Assembly (NCBI GenBank): GCA_964353765.1
Contig: CAYGWN010000049.1
Location: 33,594-97,593, forward strand
Origin: an uncultured Methanoregula sp.
GTDB taxonomy: Archaea; Halobacteriota; Methanomicrobia; Methanomicrobiales; Methanospirillaceae
DNA: 64,000 bases
Direction: 5' to 3'
Part shown: positions 39,979 to 50,390 of the stretch, one piece after another
How the letters are laid out: every line of letters starts with the position of its first letter
Numbering within the stretch: the first letter of the stretch is position 1
The notes under the pieces: model-generated
Told to the model about the DNA's origin: nothing
Database searches by the model: none
The model's input: the letters and a program-made list of their open reading frames with translations, nothing else
Program-made: the position numbers and the translations under genes

Positions 39979-40995
39979 ATGATCAATGTCGGAGTGCTTG
40001 GTGCCACAGGAGCAGTCGGTCAGCGTTTCGTACAGCTCCTGGCTGAGCATCCTTGGTTCAATCTGACGACGCTGACAGCTTCAGAGCGAAGTGCAGGGAA
40101 ACGGTATCGCGATGTGGTAAAGTGGCGCCTTGATATTCCGTTTCCTGACCGGGCGGGGGATATCCTGGTGAGCCAGACGAAGGTCGGGAGTCTTAAGGAC
40201 GTGGATATTGTCTTCTCTGCCCTCCCTGCCGAAATTGCCGGGGAGATTGAAACGGAATGTGCCCGGGCGGGGCTCGGTGTCTGCAGCAATGCAAGCTCGC
40301 ACCGGATGGAGCCGGATATACCCCTCGTAGTAACTGAGGTGAACCCCGAACATCTCAGCCTGATCGATCTGCAGCGGGACCGCGGGATAGATGGGTTCAT
40401 TGTCACCAATCCCAATTGTTCGACTATCGTGATGGCCCTGGCACTTACCCCGATACGGAATTTCGCCTTCAGCGACATCAGGGTTGCCACCATGCAGGCA
40501 ATCTCGGGAGCAGGGTTTGAAGGAGTTCCGGCTATGGGGATTTATGACAATGTCATCCCCTACATAGGACAGGAAGAGCAGAAGATGGAGACCGAGACCC
40601 TGAAGATCATGGGCACACTCGATGGCGGTATGGTGAAACCTGCGCCATTCAGGGTGAGTGCAAGCTGCCACCGCGTCCCGGTTCTTGACGGACACACTAT
40701 GGCTGTCTGGGCCGACATCAAAGAACCGGCAGAACGCATCAGGGAAGCATTCCTCAGGTATACCTCTCCAGTCACTGGTCTGCCCACACTCCCGGAAAAA
40801 TCTGTCCAGTTGTTTGATGAGCCGGACCGGCCACAACCCCGGCTCGACCGCATGCGGGGAAAAGGGATGACCGTATCGGTTGGACGAATCCGAGAGGGCA
40901 TCCGGTTCATCGCCATGGGACATAATACCATCAGGGGAGCAGCAGGCGCATCTGTCCTGAATGCAGAATTGATCTCTACCAGAAAGTATCTTTAA
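39979..40995 (+). CDS. asd: Aspartate-semialdehyde dehydrogenase
   Basis: [13 protein letters not shown] motif and NPNCST active-site Cys. Confidence 0.9.
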   Translation: MINVGVLGATGAVGQRFVQLLAEHPWFNLTTLTASERSAGKRYRDVVKWRLDIPFPDRAGDILVSQTKVGSLKDVDIVFSALPAEIAGEIETECARAGLGVCSNASSHRMEPDIPLVVTEVNPEHLSLIDLQRDRGIDGFIVTNPNCSTIVMALALTPIRNFAFSDIRVATMQAISGAGFEGVPAMGIYDNVIPYIGQEEQKMETETLKIMGTLDGGMVKPAPFRVSASCHRVPVLDGHTMAVWADIKEPAERIREAFLRYTSPVTGLPTLPEKSVQLFDEPDRPQPRLDRMRGKGMTVSVGRIREGIRFIAMGHNTIRGAAGASVLNAELISTRKYL

Positions 40996-41006
40996 GAGGA
41001 GTATCC

Positions 41007-41282
41007 ATGCTGAAAGACAACACAGTATTCGTCGGAAACAAGCCGGTCATGAACTACGTCCTTGCAGTCGTAACACAGTTCAATAGTGGAGCCTCGGAAG
41101 TAGCTATAAAGGCCAGGGGCAAAGCCATCTCCCGGGCCGTTGATACAGCAGAGATTGCATTGAACCGGTTTCTTGAGCACGTGACTAAGAAAGAGATCAT
41201 TACCTCTACCGAGATTATCGATACCGATAGCGGAAAAACCAATGTCTCCAGCATTGAGATCGTGCTCGTGAGTCAGAGATAA
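41007..41282 (+). CDS. albA: DNA/RNA-binding protein Alba
   Basis: …[19 protein letters not shown]…[17 protein letters not shown]…. Confidence 0.9.
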   Translation: MLKDNTVFVGNKPVMNYVLAVVTQFNSGASEVAIKARGKAISRAVDTAEIALNRFLEHVTKKEIITSTEIIDTDSGKTNVSSIEIVLVSQR

Positions 41283-41414
41283 CCCCCTCATTTCCCACAA
41301 TGACTGAAAGCAGAGATCGGTTTGCGTTATCTCCAGGTTCTAGGGTATACTCCTTAGGATCGTTGGGGTAACTACCAGAAAGGATATATCAGCTGCACCT
41401 TCATTAAGTAGATA

Positions 41415-41861
41415 ATGAAAGGCTGGGCTTTAGCGGTCTGCCTCATTTTTCTTGCAGTAACCGCGATTCCTGTCGTCGCGGCACCTGCCGATAAATACGG
41501 GTATATTACGATTCATGATGTTGAGATCACTCTGGACGGTGACCAAGCAAATATCAATGTGAACTATACCCTGGATGAGCCGACGCGGGTTATCGTTCTC
41601 CTGCTGGGAAAGCAGGATCTCAGGACGAGGCTCCTCACGGTACTTAATTATAATGATGCTGATGTCAAGAAAGTCGAACTCAACCGTGCCGAACTGGTGG
41701 TTGATGGTGCATCATATGCCTACGGCCGGGGAGTATACTGGTTCCCGGAACATAGTTTTAACGGGATTATTCCAAAATTGCGCGTGATAACACCCCAGGT
41801 TTCACGGGAATTTTCATCAACAGAAGGTTTCCCGAACGGGATCGGCTATTTTGACGATTAG
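41415..41861 (+). CDS. Hypothetical secreted protein (148 aa)
   Basis: N-terminal signal peptide. The stop is followed by a GCCGGG…CCCGGC hairpin. Confidence 0.5.
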   Translation: MKGWALAVCLIFLAVTAIPVVAAPADKYGYITIHDVEITLDGDQANINVNYTLDEPTRVIVLLLGKQDLRTRLLTVLNYNDADVKKVELNRAELVVDGASYAYGRGVYWFPEHSFNGIIPKLRVITPQVSREFSSTEGFPNGIGYFDD

Positions 41862-42062
41862 CCGGGTGTGCGCCCGGCAGGCCTGATTCTCACCACATCA
41901 CCTCTCCATCACAATATTATCCATGACCGGAAACGGGATCAACATGATTCCCGATCTGATGATGAAAGAGGATGGTATTATTGGGAGGGGGTTTCTGGAG
42001 AGAGAAAGCTTATCCAGGAACCTGATAGGTGAATATTCAAGAATCCTTCAGGATCTTGTTCA

Positions 42063-43187
42063 TCATATAAGCTCAATAATTTCAGGGCCTTCAGATGACG
42101 TGATGTACTTATTGATCATATGCTGGATTACAACCCCGGCAAAGGCGCAGATGAGGCCGCCAATAGTACCGTAGAAGATATACTGGATTGCGTTAGCGGT
42201 ACTGTAGGGGAAATCAGGAACATTGCTGACCGCCAGTGTATAGATGCTTGCCCCATATGCAATCAGCCCGACTGCTCCAATAAAGAAGGGGAAGACGATG
42301 ACCTTGCCAAGGCTCGTCCGGTCATGAAAGAAGTTATCGATAATGATCCCGGCTGACGCCACGATCCCGGCAAGGGTGAGCCAGAGAACCGCTCCGTACA
42401 CAAAGATCAGGGTGTAGATAAGGAATCCAACCTCGGCATAGTAGATGAGGATGTTCATGAGCCCCATCACGATACCGATAATTACCAGGAGAATCCCCGC
42501 GATATAGGTCACAAATGAGAACCGTGCCCTCGCAAGTGACGTACGGAGGGCATCACCGAATCCATGGAAGATCTCGTCTATACCAAGACCCCGGTACAGG
42601 AGATAGATGCCGATTGCTCCGATTACAATGACCAGGGCAAGGTCGGTCTGGCCAAGGAAATAGGCAAAGGGATACAGGAGCATCAGGAGCCCCAGTGGGA
42701 CAAGAACCAGCCGCGCGACTTTCGGATCATTCAGGAACTTCTTGATGAGGTAATAGGTACCCTCAAGGTTCGGGAGCTGGCTGACAATGACCCGCTGGAT
42801 GCCGGCAACAGGAACCCTCGACTGTACGATCGGGAGGACGAATTCGTCTTCCGCACCATCGGTCACGACAATGCAGTTTGCAGCCCCGGTCTCCTTTACC
42901 ACCTTGTCGATCGATGCCGCTATCTTCCGGTCACCTTCAAGCATGTGCATGTGATCCCCGGAGACCAGGGCTATCTCGACCATCTCTCCCTTTGCTGCAA
43001 GCTCATCGTACGTCTTGATAGCCTGGAAAATTGCATTTACGTCTGAGTCTTCTGGATCGGCCAGGGCAAGGGTTGTTGCAGCCCGCAGGCAGGCGCCACG
43101 TCCGATGACCGGGCTCTCCACTTTCCCTTTGAACCCGATATCGTCGTCCCTATCAACACAAAGGACCAGTGTCAGCCCCTGCTGCAT
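42063..43187 (-). CDS. DUF373 family membrane protein
   Basis: MQQGLTLVLCVDRDDDIG… N-terminal soluble domain plus a polytopic C-terminus. The internal start removes the overlap with the upstream gene. Confidence 0.65.
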   Translation of the reverse strand: MQQGLTLVLCVDRDDDIGFKGKVESPVIGRGACLRAATTLALADPEDSDVNAIFQAIKTYDELAAKGEMVEIALVSGDHMHMLEGDRKIAASIDKVVKETGAANCIVVTDGAEDEFVLPIVQSRVPVAGIQRVIVSQLPNLEGTYYLIKKFLNDPKVARLVLVPLGLLMLLYPFAYFLGQTDLALVIVIGAIGIYLLYRGLGIDEIFHGFGDALRTSLARARFSFVTYIAGILLVIIGIVMGLMNILIYYAEVGFLIYTLIFVYGAVLWLTLAGIVASAGIIIDNFFHDRTSLGKVIVFPFFIGAVGLIAYGASIYTLAVSNVPDFPYSTANAIQYIFYGTIGGLICAFAGVVIQHMINKYITSSEGPEIIELI

Positions 43188-43248
43188 CACAATAGAAATT
43201 GTTATGTATCTATTAAATAATTCCGTCGTCTGGGGGGAGAAAAAAAGA

Positions 43249-44109
43249 TTATAGGAGTTTTGAGCGCTGAAGGAGCAGTATATCGTCCGTGGTAAGCTTC
43301 TCCCCTGCACGGAACATTTTGAAGAGGTGTTCAGCCTCTTTCCTGACCGCCTTCTGCTCTGTGGTAACCTTTGCCTTCTTGGTCTTCTTTCGGAGGCCGG
43401 AGATCACTTTATCATAATCACGGAGTTCTTTCTGACAGGCAATGAAGTACTTGTGTTCCGCATCTGCGGATTCCTGTGCTTCAACAAAGTTACGGTGGGC
43501 AGCATCAGCATCTTCGCGTGATTTGTCGGCCTTCCGATAGAAATCCACCATGAAGTCATGGTGCTTCTGGGCAAGTTCGGCCATTTCGGTAACCTTGGCA
43601 TGCATCTCAGAAGCATCCTTCCGGAGTTCCCGGGCGGTGGTAATCTTGGTCTTGATTTCCTTGTTCTGTTCAAGTTCAGCCTCCTGCTCCCGCACAGACT
43701 CCTTCATCTGCTTGATCTTTTCGATCAGCTCTCGTTCCTTGTCGGTTGAAAAGACCTCAGTCTGCTGCCTGAATTCAAGATGATCAATCTGCTTCTGCAG
43801 TTCTTTCAATCCCCGGTTCTTGATGCCCCCGTGATCCCTCTTGAAGGACTCGATCTCTTCGAACATGACATTGGCCTGCTCGTTGATCTCGTTCCGCCTG
43901 TCCTTGAGGGCCTGGACTTCATTATTGAATTTATCACGCAGTTCCTTGTTATTCTGTGCCTCTTCAACGAATTCACGTGTCTGGTTGTTTAAGGTGTTTC
44001 GCTCTCGGGCAAACTTACTGGCCTGCGCATTGAGCTCGTTCCTTCTGTTTTTATGCTGTTCAGACTCGGCAAGAATCTTTTTTCTTTTTTCAATCAGTTC
44101 GTTCAGCAT
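43249..44109 (-). CDS. Archaeal coiled-coil protein (COG1340-like)
   Basis: 286 aa, almost entirely heptad-like, Lys/Glu/Asn-rich. No enzymatic motif. Confidence 0.65.
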   Translation of the reverse strand: MLNELIEKRKKILAESEQHKNRRNELNAQASKFARERNTLNNQTREFVEEAQNNKELRDKFNNEVQALKDRRNEINEQANVMFEEIESFKRDHGGIKNRGLKELQKQIDHLEFRQQTEVFSTDKERELIEKIKQMKESVREQEAELEQNKEIKTKITTARELRKDASEMHAKVTEMAELAQKHHDFMVDFYRKADKSREDADAAHRNFVEAQESADAEHKYFIACQKELRDYDKVISGLRKKTKKAKVTTEQKAVRKEAEHLFKMFRAGEKLTTDDILLLQRSKLL

Positions 44110-44604
44110 GCTTTACCTGCCTCGACTACCGTCGGGAGGATTGCCCCGCAGGGGGTGGTGTGCCGGAAGAATGGGATACAGTCAGCGGCAGGCGTCCGGT
44201 GCACACAGTTCCCTGACCTGAGATGAAAAAAACATCCAGTCCACTCGGAGGAAAACCGGGCATCAGAACGCACAGCGTTCATGATTTTGCGCGAGCCCTT
44301 GTTCAACTGTCTGTCCATCATGTTCAACTCCCGATACCTGAAGGGTCAGAAAGCCGGACTTCCAGATAAACCCTTCACACAGCACACCAGTTTCTGTGAG
44401 GGATAATCCAATGGATTTCTATCATATAGACGACATGCTGTGACTTAATGATTTCGTGCGTCGGAAAAAGAGGGTTAATCCGGGTATTGTACCCGATTCC
44501 GGAGTTGATGGTGGCATTCCGGTAACATATTGGTGGCAGATTTACCGGGGCAGTTGTTGATTAAGGTGGTTTTTCAATATATTTTTCCGTTTTTAGTTAC
44601 CCTG

Positions 44605-45762
44605 TTATCCAACCCATTCCAGAAGGTTTCCTCCACTAGCAAATTCCCGCGCCTTGCGGTTCTTTGGAAGCTGCGGGGCCTTCGGATTTTCTGTCTTCCG
44701 GACCTCCTCTTCGAGAACCTGCTTGTACGAGACACGGTTTCCAAGAATCTTTCCATTCTGTACACCCGTCATGATTGCGAGGACGCGGACCTTGCCCTCC
44801 ATGTCGTTCCTGACCCGGGCACCCCAGATGACATCTGCGTGCGGATCAAGTTCGTAGGTGAGCGATGTCGCAATCTCCTCGGCATCGGTAAGTGTCAGAT
44901 CGCTTCCACCGGTTATGTGGATAAGGCTTCCAGTTGCTCCGCGGTAGTCGACATCGAGCATCGGGTTGCTCAGGCATTCCCTCACAACACTCTCAGCTTT
45001 GTTCTGCTGCTTGCTCTCTCCTACCAGCATCACCGCAACTCCTCCCTTGGACATGATCGCCCGTACATCGGCATAATCGATGTTGATGAGCGATGGTTCT
45101 GTGATGGTCTCACTGATCCCCTTGACCGTCTCACCAATGAGCTGGTCCATGACGGAGAAGGCCTGGCCGAGTGGAAGGTTCGGCACGAAGTTCTTGAGAC
45201 GGTTGTTGTCAAGGACGATCACGGAGTCTGCAGCTGTTGCAAGCAATTCCAGACCGTCTTCGGCACGAAGCAGCCTGGCCTTCTCGACCTGGAACGGATA
45301 GCTGACCATGCCAACGACAATGGCTCCCTGGTCTTTTGCGACCTGGGCGACCACCGGGGCAGCTCCCGTACCTGTACCTCCACCCATTCCAGCAGTGATG
45401 AAGACAAGATCAGCGGAATCAAGGAGGGCTTCCAGGGTCGGACGGGCCATCTCGGCGGCACGTTTTCCGACATCGGGGTATCCCCCTGCGCCAAGTCCCT
45501 TGGTAAGCGATTTCCCGATCAGGACTCTCTTGTCTGCCTGGACCATATCCAGGTGCTGCTTGTCAGTGTTGATGGCAATGGTCTCTGCACCAGAAACTCC
45601 CATGTGATGGAGCCGGTTCACGGTGTTGTTCCCTGCTCCCCCGCAGCCGACGATCATGATTCTCGGCTGGCCGATGAAATCATCGTCGACAGAGTTTGTG
45701 GATGTTTTCATCTCCTTTTCGATTTCTGCATTTTTTAACGCTTCATTGATGATGCTCTGCAT
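44605..45762 (-). CDS. ftsZ: Cell division protein FtsZ
   Basis: GCGGAGNN and [13 protein letters not shown] tubulin signature. ATG at 45762 has a GGAGGT RBS. Confidence 0.95.
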   Translation of the reverse strand: MQSIINEALKNAEIEKEMKTSTNSVDDDFIGQPRIMIVGCGGAGNNTVNRLHHMGVSGAETIAINTDKQHLDMVQADKRVLIGKSLTKGLGAGGYPDVGKRAAEMARPTLEALLDSADLVFITAGMGGGTGTGAAPVVAQVAKDQGAIVVGMVSYPFQVEKARLLRAEDGLELLATAADSVIVLDNNRLKNFVPNLPLGQAFSVMDQLIGETVKGISETITEPSLINIDYADVRAIMSKGGVAVMLVGESKQQNKAESVVRECLSNPMLDVDYRGATGSLIHITGGSDLTLTDAEEIATSLTYELDPHADVIWGARVRNDMEGKVRVLAIMTGVQNGKILGNRVSYKQVLEEEVRKTENPKAPQLPKNRKAREFASGGNLLEWVG

Positions 45763-45772
45763 TTCTGACCTC

Positions 45773-45949
45773 CTAAACCTTGAATGAAACCTGGTCACTC
45801 TCTTTCAAGACACGGCCTGCTCGTTTTTCGATAAGTTGACGGACTGCATCCCGGACCGCTTCAGAGACGGTAGGAAACTCCCCCGCTTCCACCATCTGCT
45901 GGAGCATCTCGATCTGCTGGTCGGGAAGTCTGAGTGTGATTCGCTGCAT
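45773..45949 (-). CDS. Ribbon-helix-helix (CopG family) protein upstream of ftsZ
   Basis: [39 protein letters not shown] is a classic RHH pattern. Stop lies 10 nt before the ftsZ start. Confidence 0.6.
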   Translation of the reverse strand: MQRITLRLPDQQIEMLQQMVEAGEFPTVSEAVRDAVRQLIEKRAGRVLKESDQVSFKV

Positions 45950-46177
45950 TTCGTGTCTCCCAATCTGACAATAGACAGACATTTGTCTGACATTTGTCAG
46001 TCATAGAGCTACCATTTGTCTGACTAAAGCAGATGAATCCTACTTAACCACAATAGTATATATAATTTTCGATAACCGTGATAAGGCCGGCATGCACATA
46101 CCTTAATGTCAGACTGTCACCAAAATTCAGGGAAGAACGGGGATTCATACGTGAACAGGCCTTTTCCAAAAAAGGTT

Positions 46178-47143
46178 ATGCATGGAGGCTTCATAAAACA
46201 GATCCGCGACCATACGGGACGAACGGTTATAGATTTCAGTGCAAACCTGAATCCCTTTCCTCCTCCAGTACCAGTTGATCTCTCTCCAGATCTTCTCTCC
46301 TGGTATCCGGACGATTACTATACCACCCTCAAGGAATGTATATCACAGCACTTCAACCGGGCGCCTGATGAAATTGCCGTGGGAAATGGATCGGTCGAAC
46401 TTATCCGGATCTTCTGCCTTGCCGTCCTCTCACCAGGGGACAGGGTGCGGATCGGGAATCCTACGTTTGGGGAATATGAGTTCTCCTCCCGGCTGGCGGG
46501 AGCTCTCCCGGCAGGTGTACATGATCAGGCAAAGGTTCGTTTCATATGTAATCCGAACAACCCTACCGGGGATCTCCTCCCGCGTTCCACCGTTCTGGAA
46601 AGAAAAGGAAAGATGCAGGAAGAGATCCTCTTTGTGGATGAAGCCTTCATTGAGCTTGCAGACCCGGCACAGAGTGTTGCCGGATTACGTGATCCGTCCC
46701 TTTTTGTCCTCCGTTCCCTTACCAAGTGTTTTGCCGTCCCCGGTATTCGGTTTGGATATGCACTGGGGGATCCGGCGCTCATCAGGAAAGTGGAGACCAT
46801 CCGGCCACCCTGGAATGTCAATGCCTTCGCAGAGCAGTATGCACTCGCTGCCTTCCGTTCTTTTGAAGCGCTGGAGGACTCCCGCAAGCGTATTGTCTCC
46901 GCAAGGAGATGGCTTGAACATGAACTCTCCCGATTTTCTCTCACCATCCATCCATCATCAGCCAATTTCCTCCTGCTGACCTTCGGCGATGATGTCAGCA
47001 GGCTCTGTGCCCGTCTGCTGGATGAAGGAATTCTGGTGAGGGACTGCCACTCATTTGGTCTTCCGAACAGCATCAGGATCGCGGTACGGACACCTCAGGA
47101 GAATTGTCTGCTCATCGAGGCGATGGGACGATGCTTGCGATGA
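46178..47143 (+). CDS. cobD: Threonine-phosphate decarboxylase (CobD) / class II PLP aminotransferase family
   Basis: HisC/CobD-like sequence with PLP Lys in SLTKCFAVPGIRFGY. Overlaps cobY. Alternative start at 46106. Confidence 0.65.
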   Translation: MHGGFIKQIRDHTGRTVIDFSANLNPFPPPVPVDLSPDLLSWYPDDYYTTLKECISQHFNRAPDEIAVGNGSVELIRIFCLAVLSPGDRVRIGNPTFGEYEFSSRLAGALPAGVHDQAKVRFICNPNNPTGDLLPRSTVLERKGKMQEEILFVDEAFIELADPAQSVAGLRDPSLFVLRSLTKCFAVPGIRFGYALGDPALIRKVETIRPPWNVNAFAEQYALAAFRSFEALEDSRKRIVSARRWLEHELSRFSLTIHPSSANFLLLTFGDDVSRLCARLLDEGILVRDCHSFGLPNSIRIAVRTPQENCLLIEAMGRCLR

Positions 47144-47748
47144 TCCTTGCCGGCGGTTCTGGCACCCGCCTGGATCTTGGAGAAAAACCGCTGGTCACCA
47201 TCGGGGGGCAGCCGATGATTGCATACGTTATCGATGCTTTTTCCGAAGGAGGTTTTGATGTGATAGTAGTCCTTTCCGGAAAAACTCCCTTCACCCGTAA
47301 CTGGTGCCGGGCCAGGGGTATTGCGCATCTGACTGCTTCCGGGGCCGGTTACATTGAGGATATTGCCGAGGCGGTTGCGCTCCTTGAAGAACAGGGCCCG
47401 TTTTTCACCTGTGTTGCAGACCTCCCCTGCCTTAGACCGCATATTATCCGCGAGATCGAAGCCCGGTACCGGGAGTCGGGAAAGGAAGCCTGTTCGGTCT
47501 GGGTACCTCTTGAAATTGCCACAAAATCAGGATGCCGGTCATCCTATACAGGTGAAGTGAACGGGATTGCCGCCTGTCCTGCCGGAATCAATATCCTCCG
47601 GGGAGATTGTATCGGCCGCGCCCAGGAAGAAATCCAGATCCTGGTACCGGACCGGAACCTGGCTTTTAATATTAACACCCGGGAGGACCTGGGCCTCCTC
47701 CATACCATGGGACGGAATGGCGGAAAGCCCGGATTCGGGCCGAGATAA
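47131..47748 (+). CDS. cobY: Adenosylcobinamide-phosphate guanylyltransferase, archaeal type
   Basis: MLAMILAGGSGTRL nucleotidyltransferase motif. About 200 aa. Adjacent to cobD. Confidence 0.7.
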   Translation: MLAMILAGGSGTRLDLGEKPLVTIGGQPMIAYVIDAFSEGGFDVIVVLSGKTPFTRNWCRARGIAHLTASGAGYIEDIAEAVALLEEQGPFFTCVADLPCLRPHIIREIEARYRESGKEACSVWVPLEIATKSGCRSSYTGEVNGIAACPAGINILRGDCIGRAQEEIQILVPDRNLAFNINTREDLGLLHTMGRNGGKPGFGPR

Positions 47749-47815
47749 GCCGAAAAACCCCTATTTTTCCCTTGCTGGAGAATTATATAAAGGATCGTCA
47801 CTGACCATTACGTGT

Positions 47816-49063
47816 ATGCAGGTCTACCGTGAAGTCGAGCTGGAGGGACATATCATCGACTCGGGCATCATGACCAAAGTCTTTGACAAAATAATGGATA
47901 TGGGTGGAAATTTTGAGATCATTGTTTTCGACGTGGGGAAACGGAAAACTGACCCGAGTTTCGCCCGGCTCCGCATAAACGCAGAGAATGAGCAGCAGTT
48001 ATCGGCAATTCTTTCCGAGGTTCACCGCTTCGGAGCCCGCATGTCCGAGGAGAAGGATGCTGGTGTTGTTTCGGCTGAAGGCGACCGTATCGTCCCCAAG
48101 GGGTTCTACTCGACAACCCATCACCCCACATCAGTGCGGTTCCGTGGCAGGTTCATTCCTGTGCAGCACATCAAGATGGACTGCCTGATTGTGATCGATC
48201 CGCTGGAGATGGCAGCCCGCTGTTTGACAATTGCGAAGCTGAAGAAAGGCGACCTCGTGGTTGTCGGTGAGGACGGGGTTAAGGTAATCCCTCCCGAGCG
48301 CCCAAGGCAGTTGTCCAATTTCGAGTTCATGCACGGAACTGTCTCCCCGGAACGGCCAAGCGAGACCATCATCGCCAAGGTAGCGGCGGAGATGATTGAT
48401 CTCAAACGGAAAGGAGGAAAGATCGCCATCGTAGGTGGACCCGCCATTATCCATACCGGAGCCGCCCGTTCGCTCGCCGCAATCATCAGGAACGGCTACA
48501 TTGATGTCCTTTTTGCCGGAAATGCACTTGCTACCCACGATGTCGAGTTCAATTTGTACGGGACTTCGCTTGGCATGGATATGAGCACTGGCAAACCGGT
48601 CACCGGAGGACATAAAAACCACCTCTACGCAATCTCTGAAGTCATACGGGCAGGATCGATCAGGAAGGCGGTGGAAAAAGGGGTAATCACCGGCGGCATT
48701 ATGTACGAGTGCGTGAAACGCGATGTCCCGTTTGTGCTTGCCGGATCGATACGTGACGATGGGCCACTCCCCGACGTCGTGACAGATTCGGTGAAGGCAC
48801 AGGACCAGATCCTTGAGCATGTGCAGGACTGCAGCATGGTGCTGATGATCGCTACCCTCCTCCATTCAGTCGCGGTTGGTAACTGTCTCCCGTCATACGT
48901 CAAAACAATCTGTGTTGACATAAACCCCTCGTCGCTGACCAAGCTGATGGACAGGGGAACAATGCATGCTATCGGCGTGGTAAGTGATGCAGGGACCTTC
49001 CTCCCCCTGCTCGAAAAACAACTCGTTCTCCAGTCTGCACCTCAGCCTGGCGAACGGTGCTGA
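47816..49063 (+). CDS. TIGR00300 family protein (LOR/SDH conserved-region protein; archaeal ornithine-cyclodeaminase-like candidate)
   Basis: MQVYREVELEGHIIDSGIMTKVFDKIMDMGG… N-terminus, as I remember it for this family. TATA-like AATTATATAAAGG lies 23-35 nt upstream of ATG 47816. Confidence 0.6.
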   Translation: MQVYREVELEGHIIDSGIMTKVFDKIMDMGGNFEIIVFDVGKRKTDPSFARLRINAENEQQLSAILSEVHRFGARMSEEKDAGVVSAEGDRIVPKGFYSTTHHPTSVRFRGRFIPVQHIKMDCLIVIDPLEMAARCLTIAKLKKGDLVVVGEDGVKVIPPERPRQLSNFEFMHGTVSPERPSETIIAKVAAEMIDLKRKGGKIAIVGGPAIIHTGAARSLAAIIRNGYIDVLFAGNALATHDVEFNLYGTSLGMDMSTGKPVTGGHKNHLYAISEVIRAGSIRKAVEKGVITGGIMYECVKRDVPFVLAGSIRDDGPLPDVVTDSVKAQDQILEHVQDCSMVLMIATLLHSVAVGNCLPSYVKTICVDINPSSLTKLMDRGTMHAIGVVSDAGTFLPLLEKQLVLQSAPQPGERC

Positions 49064-49108
49064 TGCGGCCGGATACCTCCATTTTTTATTACCGCATAGC
49101 CGGGGATT

Positions 49109-50080
49109 TCAACGGGTGAGTGGCATGCAGTACGGCTGCTCCCCCGAGAGAATGAATTCCCATTCCTCGCGACACCTGCACCCCTCCCCATATATATCCT
49201 GAAGGAGGCTGGTATCAGCGGAGAGATTATAATCCCGTATGGCCTGAAGAATGTCGTGATCGCACCGGCCGCAGTTATGGGCTCCGCGGGCGTGCCCTCC
49301 TCCCACGGGGTCACAGGTCACCTGTACCGGAGCTTCGAGCAGAAGGGAGAGAACGCTCCAGAGGTAGGGCGGGCGGTATGCCCCTTTTTTCCAGTAGTAT
49401 TCCAGTTCGGTGTTCCGCTGGACTGTGCAGGGATTCATGGAAACGTGATCAGCGATGTCCGCCGTAATCCGGATAGAATTCTTCATATCCTCCCGTGCTT
49501 CTTTCTCGGTAAGAAACAAAGGTTTGTGGAGGAGGTATGCCTTCACCCCGGCCCCCCCTTTCCGTGCCTCCCCCACTGCCTTTAAAAAGTCATTCCAGGT
49601 AAAACCCTTATCAATGCACTTTTCCCTGATTTCATCGCTGGTGGTCTCAAGACCCATTGCAACAATGAGCGGAGTTTTCCACTCACCAGTGTCGATGGCA
49701 GCAATGAATTCCTCGATCATGGCGGATTCGACAAACTCAGGTCTGGTCTCAGCGATGATCAGTTTTCCCCGGAATATGTTTGCTGCAGTTCTCATAACTT
49801 CAGGGGGAACCTCACCGGGATCAAAGAAACTCCCCGAGGTATAGATTTTAATCATGGGAATTTCTTGGATGGTGTGGGTGGCCAAGACCCAATCGAGCTG
49901 CGATTTCAGAAGGGTGGAGAGGCTTCCTTCCGGTATCCCGGTGTATCGTTCATGCCGGTAGCTGCACATCCGGCAGCGGTTGTGCCGGCATCCTCCGGTT
50001 CTCAGGATGATGGTGAGGGAGGAGAGTAATTCATCTCCGTACCGGTCTTTCCCGGTCCAGCATGCAAGAGGTCGCTCCAC
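49109..50080 (-). CDS. Radical SAM protein, TIGR01210-like (candidate archaeosine-synthesis RaSEA)
   Basis: Cys triad in LRTGGCRHNRCRMCSY near the N-terminus and a TIM-barrel-sized body. The family assignment is from memory, not a search. Confidence 0.55.
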   Translation of the reverse strand: MERPLACWTGKDRYGDELLSSLTIILRTGGCRHNRCRMCSYRHERYTGIPEGSLSTLLKSQLDWVLATHTIQEIPMIKIYTSGSFFDPGEVPPEVMRTAANIFRGKLIIAETRPEFVESAMIEEFIAAIDTGEWKTPLIVAMGLETTSDEIREKCIDKGFTWNDFLKAVGEARKGGAGVKAYLLHKPLFLTEKEAREDMKNSIRITADIADHVSMNPCTVQRNTELEYYWKKGAYRPPYLWSVLSLLLEAPVQVTCDPVGGGHARGAHNCGRCDHDILQAIRDYNLSADTSLLQDIYGEGCRCREEWEFILSGEQPYCMPLTR

Positions 50081-50390
50081 AATCCAGGACTCTTCTCTCC
50101 ATTGGTTATCCAGCTATATAGCACCAATCATGGCACCACCTCCGGAATTTTATGCTCAGGGGTAAGCGGGTGATCCCCGCAGTCCGGTGTTTACTCCTGG
50201 TTCCCGTGTAAGTAACTACACCTTTTACAGCCCGTTCCGCAAGATGCTCACTTCCCATTCCCTTGGTTACGCTCAGATGATACGGAAGAAATCTGCACAA
50301 TCCAGCAAGGTATTAAAGTCGGCCGCGAATTTTTTATCCAATACAATCACGCATGACTACTGATATTCATATATCCCAGGGAACAGAGAA

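Noticed and set aside
44110-44604. Looked for SRP (7S) RNA or C/D-box sRNA in the long ftsZ-proximal gap
   Set aside because: No helix-8 GGAAGGGAGCA-type motif and no properly spaced C (RUGAUGA) and D (CUGA) boxes were found. Only small hairpins are present.
44530-45738. 402-aa plus-strand ORF
   Set aside because: Lies exactly antisense to ftsZ, whose tubulin signature is unambiguous. A typical GC-rich shadow ORF.
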